From assembly GCF_964355755.1 (NCBI RefSeq), contig NC_092674.1, positions 15,004,001 to 15,068,000 of the forward strand: a stretch of DNA of 64,000 nt. Direction: 5' to 3'. This document shows positions 36,311 to 50,300 of this stretch, one piece after another. The translations under genes were made by a program, and so were the position numbers. Numbering within the stretch: position 1 is the stretch's first letter; the number at the start of each line of letters is the position of its first letter. The stretch is from Antedon mediterranea. Lineage: Eukaryota; Animalia; Echinodermata. Below the pieces are notes generated by a model. The model was not told the DNA's origin. It saw nothing but the letters and a program-made list of their open reading frames with translations, and searched no databases.

Positions 36311-38452
36311 GAATACAGGTCAACCCGTACCCATGCCAACTCGTACCCACCAACTCGTACCCAAATTTTGGCTTACTCGTACCCAAAATTTTGGCTCACC
36401 CGTACCCATCATTGGCTAACCCGTACCCATCATTGGCTGGCCCGTACTCAAGTTTAATGCTATTTAAAGTATATTTATATAGGCCTATTACAGTTAAACC
36501 CAGTTTTATTACATATTTTTAGGTCATATGTTCGATATTATAATGGCAAAAACTATTTACCTAAGTATAATTTATGTACAGACTCGTACGAAAAAAGCAC
36601 AGCTTTCATCGTATTTGGGTCGTAGTTAAATTAATACTGGAGGGCGCTGTTTTACATGGAAGATGTCAGTGGTCGGCTGCTGTGCTGCATTCTATTTTTT
36701 TTCATTTATGAATAGTTATTGATCTATTATTTAAAATCATCTATCGTTGCCATGGAAAAACGAGTGTGGGTCATTTATTTGTAGAATATTATAGAATGCG
36801 TATTTTTTTTTAAAAGGGAATCCCTCGTCAGCAAAAACACGTAGCAGTTATTGAGGAAACATCTACCAAAAATGTTTAATTGCTGTAAACAAACAGATAA
36901 TTTTACTGAATTATTTAAGAAAAAAAAAATAGAAAACGATCGTACGCCAAATTGCGTTGTCTATTTTTTTTTTACACACTGTAGCTGTTATAGAAGAAAA
37001 TCTGCCAAAAATGTTTAATTGCCTTAAAGTACGTGTATATGATCATTTCACTGAATTATTAATAAATAAAATATATGGAAAACGATCATACGTCATTACT
37101 GAGTCGTCTCTTTGACGCCCTATAAATGCGTGTTTTTAGTAATAAAAGGTTAATCCCGGTCAGCAAAAACACGTAACACGAAATCTACGCCCCATAGCCC
37201 TGCAGGCCTTACAGTACGTGTATATGATCATTTCACTGAATTATTAATAAATAAAATATATGGAAAACGATCATACGCCATTAATCCCGGTCAGCAAAAA
37301 CACGTAACACGAAATCTACGCCCCATAGCCCTGCAGGCCTTACAGTACGTGTATATGATCATTTCACTCAATTATTAATAAATAAAATATATGGAAAACG
37401 ATCATATACGTCATTAATGAGTCATCTCTTTGACGCCCGATAAATGCGTGTTTTTTTATAATAAAATGTTAATCCCGGTCAGCAAAAACACGTAACACGA
37501 AATCTACGCCCATAGCCCTGCAGACTTTACAGTACGTGTACATGATCATTTCACTGAATTATTAATAAATAAAATATGGAAAACGATCATACGTCATTTT
37601 TTTTATAATAAAAGGTTAATCCCGGTCAGCAAAAACACGTAACACGAAATCTACGAGTAATTCGACCCCATAGCCCTGTGGGCTTTTTGATTAAAACAGT
37701 GCGTCGTTAATTTTACCAACCAATTTTAAATATACCAATACAATAGAAACAATAATTACTTGATCGAATCATGGAGGTATACCTCCATGATCGAATGTAA
37801 TCAGGGAAGATAAGGTGATAAGAATAAAAATTGATAAGTATAAAAATGATACGTTGTTGGTACTTTACCTGGGCTTAATTGAATTGTAATACTATACAAC
37901 AGTAAAAATATTTTTTTATTAATTAATGTTCTTACGTAAATAAATAAAAAGACACATCAAACATTACGTTTATAAAACTATAATACTACATTTAAATTAA
38001 TGTTAACAAATATATGCCTAATTAAACGAAGTTTACAATCAAATCAATGGTCATTTTTATTAGCACAAATTTCACCGAGACCTGTAAAATAAAAAAAAAC
38101 TATTTAAATATAAAAATATTCATACATTTGAAAGCATACCACTAGTTTTGCGCCGATCAAATCATTACAAGTAGGCCTAATTATTCAAATTGGGTACGAG
38201 TAGTCCAAATAATGGGTACGAGTAAGCCAAAAATGGGTACGAGTAAGCCAAATAATGGGTACGAGTAAGCCAAGTACTTTGGGTACGAGTAAGCCAAATA
38301 TTTAGGTACGAGTTGGCATGGGTACGAGTTGGTTTGGGTACGGGTTAGCCAAAGTGGGTACGAGTTGACCAATTATTTGGGTACGGGTTAGCCAAGTTGG
38401 GTACGAGTTGGCATGGGTACGGGTTGGTTTGGGTACGGGTTGACCAGCACCC
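36311..38452. mobile_element. non-autonomous Mutator-like foldback element
   Basis: 9-bp TSD GCGGAGGCC (36302-36310, 38453-38461); G..C termini; inverted arrays of acYcgtaccc at both ends; internal tandem repeats at ~37020-37680. Confidence 0.8.
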
Positions 38453-38828
38453 GCGGAGGCCTAGAGGACGGGAATCGGAGGCCTAGAGGACGGGAAGCGG
38501 TACCCCACAAGTTCCGTTAATCAAGACACATATTTTGGTAATTGTGTATATAAAATAAGCGAGGGGCAAACGGGGCAAACAGATCAACAGGTAAGTGCAC
38601 AGCAGATACCCATGTTAATTATGTTGAATACACCATTCCCATAAGGTTTTGCAAAATCATTACATTTTTCAGACTTAGTGCCTCCCATATTATTATTATA
38701 TGCAATGGCTGTAGTGTTATTATCAGCTCAAAAGTTTCACAAATGTGTGACGTATCCGTTTTTATTATCGTATTCGTATTGGTTGCAAAACCTCCCTATT
38801 CACCCGGGTGTGTAGGGTACAGTATATT

Positions 38829-39180
38829 TACCACGTTGAAACACCGGTTCTCGTCAGATCACCGAAGTTAAGCAACGTTGGGCCTGGTTAGAGCTTGGAT
38901 GGGAGACCATCTGGGAATAGCGGGTGCTGTATACGGAGCTGGGGTCCCGTTAGGCATTTGAAATCAGCACTGCTGACTCTTATGGCAGCCCCTGCATCTA
39001 GTATCTGCCTCAGACCTCTGGTCAAGGTGGGCACTGGACGAGAGAAGCCCTTGATCAATGTCAGGACCAATCAAGGTGCTTTAAACTCTCCTGGCTTTGT
39101 TTGTATCAAACCTGTTAGTGGCGGTAATTATCGCTGTTGGTTTCGATTGAATAAAAAAAAAAAATAAATAAAATAAAATA
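38829..39180 (+). mobile_element. 5S rRNA-derived SINE (SINE3-type)
   Basis: 38829-38931 is a nearly complete 5S rRNA lacking ~11 5' nt (box A agttaagcaacg, box C tggatgggagacc), fused to a ~220-bp unrelated body and an AATAAA/A-rich tail. Confidence 0.75.
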
Positions 39181-39799
39181 TATCTGAGGTTAACAGACCA
39201 CCAAAACGGTAGACACTGTACAGTACAAAACACATGCACTATATCGAGGCATTTTCAGAGTACCCAAAAAACTTATAACACAAGAATCTCCTGTTCGTCC
39301 GAAGTGTGTGACATTTCCAAAATGCATTGTAGGATAGAATAGAGCTACTGGATGGCGCCATTGTGAGCCATGGAGTATAGTGCGCCCTCATCAAATTAGA
39401 AAGTGAAAATCTTTGCTATACTGTAGAGGAGATATGGTAATTGACATGACAGGACATAAAAAATGCTCTAAAAAAACATGGATAATCTAAATTTACAAAT
39501 TTTTTTTATGCTAAGGATACAAATATTTGCTCCATGCTGTGAAATGGCAGAGCCCAGTTTTGACCTTTTAACCCTGTACTTCCGATACCGTGTTTTGAAT
39601 GGGCATGGGTACTGCATTACCAAATGTTCATTTCGTTTGAGGTGTTTTTCGATCAAAGTTTATTATTAGTTTGTCGAAACAGATCCGTACAGTATTTAGG
39701 AAGGATTTATTTAAAATTTACATTACGTTATTTAAATGTGATGAAAACAGTTGCTCTAGCATAGCAACAGTGTGTAAGCATTTATTTTTTCAAAAATGT

Positions 39800-39913
39800 T
39801 CAGAGGCATTTCAAACCCACCCCCCGCTCGGTGCTACCCCGCTCGGTGCTACACCCCCCCCCCCCCCGTCAGATCCTAGATCCGCAACTGTCACCCCCCT
39901 AGATCCGCCACTG
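39800..39913. mobile_element. MITE terminal fragment
   Basis: C-rich subterminal repeats ending ctagatccgccactg, with a duplicated terminus; other end not found. Confidence 0.4.
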
Positions 39914-40890
39914 CTTTGATCAGATTGTGATACCGGCTGTCGTATTTGCGTTAGCAAGGTCCTATCATATATTATAAATAATTAAAGATTCAATCAATAT
40001 ATCTTTTAAAAATCAATTATCTTTATTTAAATCAATGCATATAACCTATAATTCATTTTTTTGTGGTATTAAACTTTGTTTTTTCATTATCACCAGATTA
40101 CTACCATCGTACAACACCAAAACCTAATAATCTCACATTTTTTATTGCAAAAGGCAAGATTACAGATTGAGAATGTGAGTCATAATAACTAAAGCAGTAC
40201 TAATAAATGGCAATGCAGTTCAAGGTAGGAGATTTTATTTGTCCATGTTGGTAGAAGAGGTTAAATACCGGCATGAGGTAATTTCAGTTTTTCCCAGGAC
40301 AAATAAATTTGAAAAAGTTTCTAAATATCACTTGTCCACAATATTACGCAATACATAAAAAAATAAAATAATAAACACAAGTTGATGTTCATTCCTTTCA
40401 ACTATTTGTAGGACTTGGCTGTTAGTAAATGTCATCAATGATTTTTTCAGTTTTTATGTCTTTATAATTGGCAGGATTACAATTGTCCATGAAGCCTAAG
40501 AACTTGTCCATTTTCCGGACCGTAATTAAGTCATTGTTCTCTGAACGTTGCCTACAAAGTATTGTTTGTAACCTACAATGTATTTTTATAATTATCTACG
40601 CATCGATCGTAGGGTTAGTAAATACCATTGTCGTTGCCTTAATAGAAGCATGGACAATGCACACAATGTATTGTCTAATTAATATCCTATCTAAAGTTAG
40701 AAGATGACAAAGATGTTTTTGTAGTCGGCCTACGCGTCAGTTATCTTAATTTAGCCGGACATCCACCGACAAGATGACATCGGGCCTGTGGGCCTCATCT
40801 CATGTAGAGTTGAGGCTAGCCTAGTTTCTACACTATAAATTATTTAATCCTACCTTGGGTTAGTGAATTATAAAAACAACACCTAGGTTA

Positions 40891-42438
40891 GGGGCCGTCC
40901 AAAAACTAATTTTCCGCGAGTTCCGCGATAACAAACCCTATTACTTACTCAACCATGAAAGTAAACGTCTCTTGCGGTAATGAGGCAAAATCATTCAAGC
41001 TTGATTTTCTCGCGGAACTCATGAATATTAATTAATATCGCGAGACTCGCGGAAGCCTTACAATATCGCGGAACTCGCGGCAGTATTGCCGATAATAGAG
41101 AATATAGTGCTCGTTTTTATTACTAACGCTTTGCATGCCAGCCAGGTATTAATATACGGTAATTGATTTTTACAGAACAAAAAATTATATTTCAATATTG
41201 TTTACAATTATTATATCCATTCGTGTGTCTGATCTTGTTTTTGTAATTAATAAATATATAGATAATACTATTAATAAATGAAATGTGAGTGCCCTTCCCG
41301 AGTTTTACCACAATAAAAACCACTGAAGTAGATAGAAAATAATGTCAAGAAGATTTGTTTGCACAACGACTCGGACGAGACGCAAACATCGCCTGACTTC
41401 GTTGCAAGGGGATTTCCCTTGCTTACAGAGGCCTCCTTTTGTGTCGCCACATTGCCACGCCGCTAGCCTGGTAAAAACAACTACCAAGGTAGGCCTAGAT
41501 TTATTATAAAATGCTTGCTTGTTAAACAATGATAGTCCCCTGTGTACAGTACAGAAAGAAAATAATAAATCACCATGTTTCAGATTATGACGCATTACAC
41601 GCGCTCCTAGCCTATCCTCCCAACGCCGATCCGCCGATCGAGAACACATGCAATTCAATTCATTGGGAAAACAATTCCATTTGACGCACACGCACCCTCT
41701 GATAAGAAATTTCACACGGCGCGTCGTGTACATACATCCTCTCCACGCACGAAAGATCTAGAAAGATCGTTGGAAAAACAATTCCTTTTGACGTACACGC
41801 ACCCTCTGATAAGAAAATACCATGTGCGTTCCTGCATGGTGCAGTCCATTATACGTCTAAAATTAGGGGTTTCCACTTTTAGTAACAAAGTTAAACACGC
41901 ACCTCAATCCGAAGATCGTTTGAAGTATATTATATTTATATTTTATCGCACCCACCTCAATAATCCAGCCGACAGATCATCGAAAAATCTTGTTTAACAA
42001 CGTCGTACACTAAATTAACGAACGCGTTTTTACCGACCTCAAAGAAATGGTATAGTCCACAATACATGTGCAGAATTAATTCTAAACTAACAGAGAGAGA
42101 AGGGTCGGCGTCCGTCCGTGTTTTGAATTTAAAAAAAAAAAGCTTTAGAAATCGAAACTCGGAAAATAACTATAATTTATATTCTACTACATAATGTCAT
42201 TGGCTTGAATTTTACCGTGGTTGAAACCCTGTGTATGAATAGTTGTAGGGCCTACAAACAAATTGTTTTTTGGTATCATTTTCTCCGTTCTATCAGAGTA
42301 GTTTAAGTAGGACTAGGCCTAGTACTAGCCTACTGTAGTCGTAGTCGGCCAACCTAGCTAGGCCTAAAACGTGCTATTCTGTACTATGATCTCATCTATT
42401 TATTAGGCTACCCGCGGAACTCGCGATATGTGGGCGGC
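40891..42438. mobile_element. non-autonomous TIR element (possibly PIF/Harbinger-type)
   Basis: tta|ggggccgtcc..ccgcgagttccgcg versus cgcggaactcgcg..gggcggc; motif repeated at 41010-41080; right terminus clipped, no TSD confirmed. Confidence 0.4.
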
Positions 42439-45034
42439 AACATTTTGATTGTTGTCCCGTCACTCGCATTCAGTGGGAAAGCCACTCGACAAATCGAACA
42501 AATTTTCATCTAAGAGAGGGCGCCCTATTTTTTCAAATTTGTTCAAAATACAGAAATTTGTAGGGTTCAGGAGAAAGGATATCATGTAAAATTACTATTA
42601 AAAATAAAAAAACTTGAAAATGGAATATATTTTCAAAGGATTAAATTATATGGTAACAATTTTTTATAGAATTTTCATCCATACAAAAATCTGAAATTTA
42701 AGGGACAATTCGTGTTTAATTTTTTTATTGAATTAGTGCCTTAAAAAACCACTTAATTAAAATATTTATCAAAAATGAACCACCTCGAATTTAAAATCCC
42801 TGTTGAACAAATTTATAAACTACATTTTGAAATATTGGGATTAAAAATCGAGTAGTTGGGACGCAAATCCGACTATTCAAACTAAAGTATGTTCATATTA
42901 CATCGCGCCGCCTAGCGGGTTCCTAGGCCAGGTTGTTTACTTTTTTCCGCGGTACCATCATGACATGTGTTGTATCGCCCGCAAGAACACAAAGCTATTC
43001 GGTAACCCGGCACCTACACCGCCGGGGAACCGAGGCTATCAGATAGCAGAAACAGTCAGTGAAATAAGAAAGAAAAAAACTCAATATTTATACTGATCAA
43101 GGCATGTAGCCAATATTTCGCTATTTATTACATTAGATCAGGTAAATACGTTGGGCCCTGGAAGTAAAACCTCCATGATGGACCATATATGATATATAGG
43201 CCTAGGCTAGGCCCTATACTATAGTAGTAGGCCTAGCTAGCTAGCCTATTAGGCTCCCAACACACACAGAAGCCTCTGCAGCTCGCCTACTCTTACTAAT
43301 AATAATAAAGGTCGTCACACAAAATAATTAGGCCTAGTCTAGCCCATGGAGTTACAGAATAAACAATTTTTTATACCTCCAACAAGATGTACTACTACTA
43401 GCCTAGAGAGTAGACTTAGATAGAGGCCTATTCTTCCAAGTTCTAACTAGGCCTACACGCACCTCACCTTGTCTGTTGTTGCACAAGAACAACATTTTTA
43501 ATATTTTAATAATAATAATATTCAGGTAACTCACTTTAAAGTTAAAAATTCTATATTCTATATCATTAAATACAAATTTATGGTAAAGCCTTGGTTGGCA
43601 TTTTAGGCCTATATATGTAATTATAGTGTAATTAATAACTTCAATGTTGCAATTAATAATTTAGCCTGTCTAAACAATCAACATTCATTTTCCACATTCA
43701 CAATTTTTGCTATGAATGAACACAAATTTTCTATTTAGAAAATTTGTAATTTCATTTTACACACTTGCTCCTTGTTACTGTTTTATTACTTCATTATTAC
43801 TGCATTATTTTAGAAAATGGTTTGTAGTGGTAAACAATCTTATTCTTATGACAAAACGCAATGAAGATATTATTAATTTCTGTTGTGACCTGTAGGTTTT
43901 GCTTCACATTCACTGCTGATATACTTCCATTCATTTCATGTAAACCTAAAAATTATCAAATAACTTGCTCAGCTTGCTTTAAAGTGTGATCTATCAATTC
44001 ATATAATCAGAGTCAACAAATAAGCATTTCATTCATAACTGTATATTCCAAGATCATGATATAAGCATTTCATTTATAACTGTATATTCCAAGATCATGA
44101 TACTGTGTAATTAAAGCACAATATTTTTATGATTGCATTATTCAATTCAAGTGATGCCACATAGTTCAGCTTTTTGAATCCGTGACCATGCATACATTTT
44201 TTTCTTTTCCTAAGCAGCCTTCATATCATACAACTCATTAAAATGGTGAAGATGAATAGTACACAGAGTATCTATGTCATAATGAATTGTTGCTTTTAAA
44301 ATTTTACTGATGCAAATTTATAACTTGGCTTCATGCAAATTTATAACTTGGGTTTCATCATTCTTGACATTTCGTACCATAGCAAATCTTGAAGATCTTT
44401 CATTTAGAAAATGCTAACCATACTATAACCATATTGCAGCAATGTAGACCTTGTAAATGTGAGAATGAATGACCACAAATTAAAAAAATTTATAATTTAT
44501 GTTCATTCATAGCACAATTTTTGAATGGGAAAAAGAGAAGCCGGCTGTTTAAAATGTAATTTATAAATATAATCTTAAAATAGTGTAGCACATATTTGTA
44601 CACAGAATAAAAACAATACATTTTTAATGTTTTAACTTTATAACACAACTTTTTCTTGCATCAACATACAACATTAATTATTCAACTATTACTATAAATT
44701 TAATACTTTTTTTAATGTTATTTGTTAATTCCATCCAATATTTTAAAAGTGCATACAGTATTTCTTATTTTTGTTTAAACTTGTGATACACAACATACAT
44801 TTAAATAGTATTTTAAGAGACCTATCTCAATTATAAATATGAGTCTCATAAAAACAAAAATCACATTGGTCAATAAAAAAATATTTAACATTACAAACAT
44901 TCATAAAAAAAAAATCCTCTTTTTCTTATTCAAAAGAGTTTTTTCCAGTTATTTTATAATATTTAATTTAATTATTTTATTTAATTTACATAGCATTTCT
45001 CAACTCAACAGTTGTATCTTTAAACAAATACAGT

Positions 45035-45210
45035 AATATAATAAATGTTTTATGAGTTGGATTGTGAGAATATTTCATGAATTGAAAAATTGACTGCTCT
45101 ATTTTTAATAAGGCGGGGCCGAGTTAAAATGAGCAGGCAATTTTTCAACGAATGAAATATTCTCACCATTCAATGAATGAAAAACATTCATTATTTGTTT
45201 TATAACAGTA
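45035..45210. repeat. palindromic interspersed repeat (second copy ~46222-46366)
   Basis: gagaatatttcat..ttgaaaaattg.ctgctc arms inverted around a central aaggcggggcc; diverged copy 1.2 kb downstream; resembles Crypton-type non-autonomous palindromes. Confidence 0.5.
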
Positions 45211-47323
45211 CAAACCTACTTTTATTCAATTTATCTTTATTTTCATTTACCTGGAGTAGAACCAGCTGATTTTTAGCATCATGTGGAAAAAATGTTAATC
45301 ACTTGGATCAGTTTTCTGTTAGGTCTAAGTGTAGTGATGCGTAATTAAGAATACATTCAGGTGTGTTATAATACATAATTATTAGTTTTACACAACAATT
45401 CTTACAAAAATGTTTTAATGTTAAGTCTAATAGTTATTAGTTTATTATTTTCATTAATGTTATTTCTTAAGTTTACATTAAAAGTAAAAAAAAAAAATTA
45501 AACTTTTATTTATCTAAAAATTAAACCTCCCGTTGTCATGGGATTTACAATTGTAACAATATACATTATAATGTATTCCAGTATTATACAATTTAATTAA
45601 AAATAATAAAAATACATTGCATCAATTTAGGTTTTTACAAATGTTTTTCTTACTCCTTTGTTGTAGTTTGCCTTACGTCTTATGGTTACTATTGTTTACT
45701 TTCTCGATTGTTAATCTTTAGTAACGTTACATTTTTTTAAAAACTTGATATAAATCAAACAAACCACTAGCAAAAACATAGTAACAGTAACAATAGTATA
45801 TTTACATGCAATACCCAGTTCCTACATACATAATTGAATAAGGATCATGTAAAAATTGTTCTTGTGTAGTAACTACATTTTGTGTACTCTTTAACATTTT
45901 TTATATAATTATTTAGCAAGTTTGTTTTGGGTAATTATACTGTAAATTTGACGCACTGTTCTACATTGAAACACTAAAATCATACATTTATAGAAATCAA
46001 GAATGTAGTTACTGTAGAATAATTTTGATATGATCACTATTAGTCTTACAAACAAAATAATACTGTGTTGTAGTTTGATATTGCGTCACATTTTTTACAA
46101 TTTTCTATCAAATTAAACCACCCACTCAGAGATATTGTAAAAACCTTGAAAGAATCAATGTAGCCTTTTTATGCTTGAGGAAGATATAGTATAAAACAAA
46201 AAAAGGGTTGAATATTATACAATTAATAAATGTTTCTGTGTTGGATGGTGGGAATATTTCATTAGTTTAAAAATTGACTGCTCTATTTTTTACAAGGCAG
46301 ATTAAATTTTGAATAGAGCAGTTAATTTTTCATCAAATACAAAGCATTCATGATTTGTATTATAACAAGAATACAATTGTGCATGTTATTGTTATAATAC
46401 AATATGACCTGGAAGGATAACCACTGTTTTGTAGTATCTTGCTCAATGTAGATATCCAAATCTATGAAGATAAAATTAAATAAATATTATTATTAATTTA
46501 AAAGAGAACAAATGAGACAGTCTATACATATGTATTGAATTGAATACATCTCTATGGAAATAATTTCTCCATGGTTTAACAAACTCTCATCTCAACAGTT
46601 AAAGATTCATGTTATAATCCTCACTGACTAGTGACTGGCATATAAATTGGTATACAAATCTATATTTCGATAGCAAATTAGCAACAAGCAATCAATTGCT
46701 ATGTCACACTCAAATCAGTCCTTTGTCCAGGCCTGTCATTATAATTGGTTCAGAAAAAAATGATCATAATGTATATCTTTAATCAAAAAAGGACCAAATA
46801 CAGTAGGCATTTATAGAAAAATACAGAATTATACTTGTTATTTTAGTACTATAAATTCAGTCTTTTTTATCCTCTTAATTTTAGCTTTAATATTACAGTA
46901 GTTTTGTGTAAATTTTGTTTTTTGAGGTTACCATCATCTCCATAAGGATGAAACGACACTTCAATGTTATTATTGTAAACAATTCTAAAGTAGGTATACA
47001 TTAATAATGTATACAGTATTACAATATTTAAATTTTATTAGGTTATGTATTTCAATCTAATAAAGTCAAATACTTTAAAGGGGAGCCTGGGCTGATTTAT
47101 TGTGACAATTACACAATTCTCATAAAACTGACCAAGAACCAGAATTAAAGTATTTAAAAAAAATGCTGAACATTACTTCAACATGACCACCCTGTATCTA
47201 CCCTGGATAACCACTTGGATATTGTTGATTCATTCTCATTGTACATAGCCACATCTATAAAGATAAAATTTAAAAAAAAGAATATTAGAGAATGGTGAAT
47301 AAACACATTCAACAAACGTTTTT

Positions 47324-50300
47324 TTATGAAAAAAGCTGAAGATTCATGTCATGCTTCTCACTGTTATCAAAATCATTTAGCTCATCACTGCACTCTGAGT
47401 TTGTATCAGATTCCTCACTACTTGTGATTGGATCTTCATTCAGGTTTTTGCAATTTACACAAGTACAACCTGGACCACATTGCTGTTTCCGTTTAATACA
47501 AGCACACCTGCCAGTTATGCAGCCTGTCTTGCACTTGCAGCCATTCTTTGGGTACCGCACTGATTCCCTTACTTTCTTCATGTTCTCTTCAGAATCCCAT
47601 GTGATTGATACTCCTTGATCTGTTTGACTCCAGCCATATTTAGTCAAATCGGGAACATCTACAGAATTTACACTCGCCTGAGACCAAACCAAACCTACCC
47701 AACATGACCGTAGCCAATGAAACTTAAGTGCATCAACTGTAGGTATCCACTGGTCCTCACTTTTGATACGGTGGAATGTGCTTTCTCTAATTACTTGCAG
47801 GAACTTCACATGTTTATCCAGATCATTTAGGTCTGAGGTGTTTATATTCTGAAAAAGCTCTTCAGCTGTGTCCACACTAAATGCAGCCAAATTCTGTTGG
47901 AAATAAACACAACCAACAAGCCTGTAGAATGCTAGAAGTCCAAGGTGTTGAACATCTGGGCCAATTTGATTCAGATATCCTGTATGGATACCTCCCGATA
48001 CAAACTTGCAGTTCCTATAAAAAACTTCCATAAACCTCTTCTTGGAGTAGCCTTTGAAAAAGGACACATAGTCACAACCACTAGATATAAATAAAGTTTG
48101 AAGGAGCTTAGGTACCGTGCACAACATGTCACCTAGCGGTTGCAATGACAGATCTGTAGAGAAGGATAATAGCAATGAATTAATACACACATATACATTA
48201 TCACTTCTTGATGCCTTTAGTTGAATGATGGTCTTCTTATCTGGTACTGCCTGTACAATGGGAAGACCTACATGGAGCTTATCCCTATCAGGACTATAAA
48301 TGATCACACAACTACATGATGTCTTAGCAAAATGCAACCAAACACGTGAATCGCCTTCCTCATGATTAGAATTATATTCTGATGCAACTTTTGTTTCTGT
48401 ATTGCTAGAACAAAAACACTTGTCTGTATTGTCACCATCAAACCCACCAGCTGTTAAGAAAATCTGTCCATTCCTTAAATTCTGTGAAGCAACAGAAATA
48501 AAGTAGCTAGAAATAAGATTAACTAACAGACGTTTTTGGCTACGCACTGCCAGGAAAGCCCGCCATTGAGATGGTAATTTATCATCTGCATCTATGGAGT
48601 GAAAGTTAATTTCATTGTTGTTGACATTTTTGTCCCTTCTTACTCGTTCAACTTCCTTTGGGCTAGGACCATGTCTACATGGATGATCAAATACAACATG
48701 AACTTCCTTAGCTCTGTAATCATAAAAAGGTCTCAAGACCCATTGCCTGAAAAGGAAGTTCATATAGTCTTTAAAAGTCTCATGAGATGGCAAAGGCGTT
48801 GTGTTAATTAAGAACATCCCCTCGGCTATGTAAGCTGTTGATTCTAGTGATGGTTTGTAAGAGTCACTGAATGCACCAGGGTATCTAGATTTGAAAAAAG
48901 AAGAACAAACAGCCTTATTTGCTTTGTAAGGCATACCATCAGCAGTACAAAGTGCTCTGGGAAGAGAGAGAACTTGGTGGAAGTCTGTGATTACTTGGCC
49001 GTGGGATTTTGACCAAGCAACTTGGTGTCTCAAACATTCTAATTGGAGTTTTTGGTCTTGAATCTCTTTCCTCTGTTTAGCAACAGTCGTTTTGGGGGGT
49101 GTGAAAGTACTCACTTTCCTATTCTTTCTTACTGGTCTTTTAGCACCTGGAAGAGATAGAACAACACATTTAATGTACGAGTGTAAATCTTCTTGCCCAT
49201 ACTCATAGAAATTTAGAAGGTCACTTGACACCTTCTGTGCTGCTGCTTCATCTGTAAACAAATGATAAAGCAAACTGGAGGAGCCAGTTTGCAGCACTGT
49301 TGTTTTCTTTAACTCCATCAAGAATGATCGTACATTTCCTTCTTCATACCTAATTAAAGAAGGAGACAAATATGTTAGTGATGAAGATTTAAAGTTTCTG
49401 CTGAGTTGTGACGAAAGATTACACACAGATCGTGTACGATGTGGAAGATAATGCACAAGTTTTGTGAGTCCTTCCTGCCCTGTTGTAGTTAATGCCATCT
49501 TTACGTTCTTATTGATAACCATTTCATGTGCTTCGTCAAAAGCGATGCAAGACCAGTTATCTCCAGTTATGCTTACACTGAAGGCACCCATAGAAAAAAA
49601 GTCACGAATGTGTGAAGGGTAAGACTTGAGATCTGCAATGTGAAATGGTAGAATATTTAAGTACCGATGCCTATCTAGTGCATAAAAGAGTGGGGCAACT
49701 TGTAAAACACATGCATTTCTGAGTGAAAAATTTCTGCTACGAATTGCAAGAAAAAGGCCAATGTAGTGAAACATATCGCGATGTACAAAGTTATGCCAAA
49801 ATCTAAATGTTGCATTACTCTTGCACAACCTTTGACAAAATTCATTAAATTTGTCCTTGCATGTTGGAAAAATAGATGTAATTGAACTTGTATCTGTATG
49901 ACATAAGAAATCTTGTCCTTCCTGCAAAGAATGAGAAATGCAATTGTCAAGATTAGTGGTTATCTTTTCACGAAAACTTGGGGTGCAATCACTGAGAAAA
50001 GCTTCAACCTGAAAACGATAGAATGCTTCCCATACCTGTAAAAGGAAATGATGTGTTGTGTCAAAACTAGTAGCATTTGCTACAGATGCAAGTTTGGCTC
50101 CACGATAGCCACCAGCCAATAACAAATCTTTAAGGCCAGCATCGAGATACACTTTCATAATTGGTGCCTGACAGTTCTTCAACAGATGCCAATCACCTAT
50201 GTATGGTAGCATCCAATTGAGATCTGTCCCATATTCCCTCTTTAAATTCATGAGGATATCATATGTCTTAGCATCACCTGCAACAACCAACTGCTCCATA

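Noticed and set aside
36320-38445. CRISPR-like array of gggtacgagt repeats
   Set aside because: Spacers are short and repetitive, the arrays are inverted at the ends of a TSD-flanked element, there are no cas genes, and the context is eukaryotic
38829-38931. Functional 5S rRNA gene
   Set aside because: 5' end missing, several substitutions, no oligo-T terminator, continues into a body and A-rich tail
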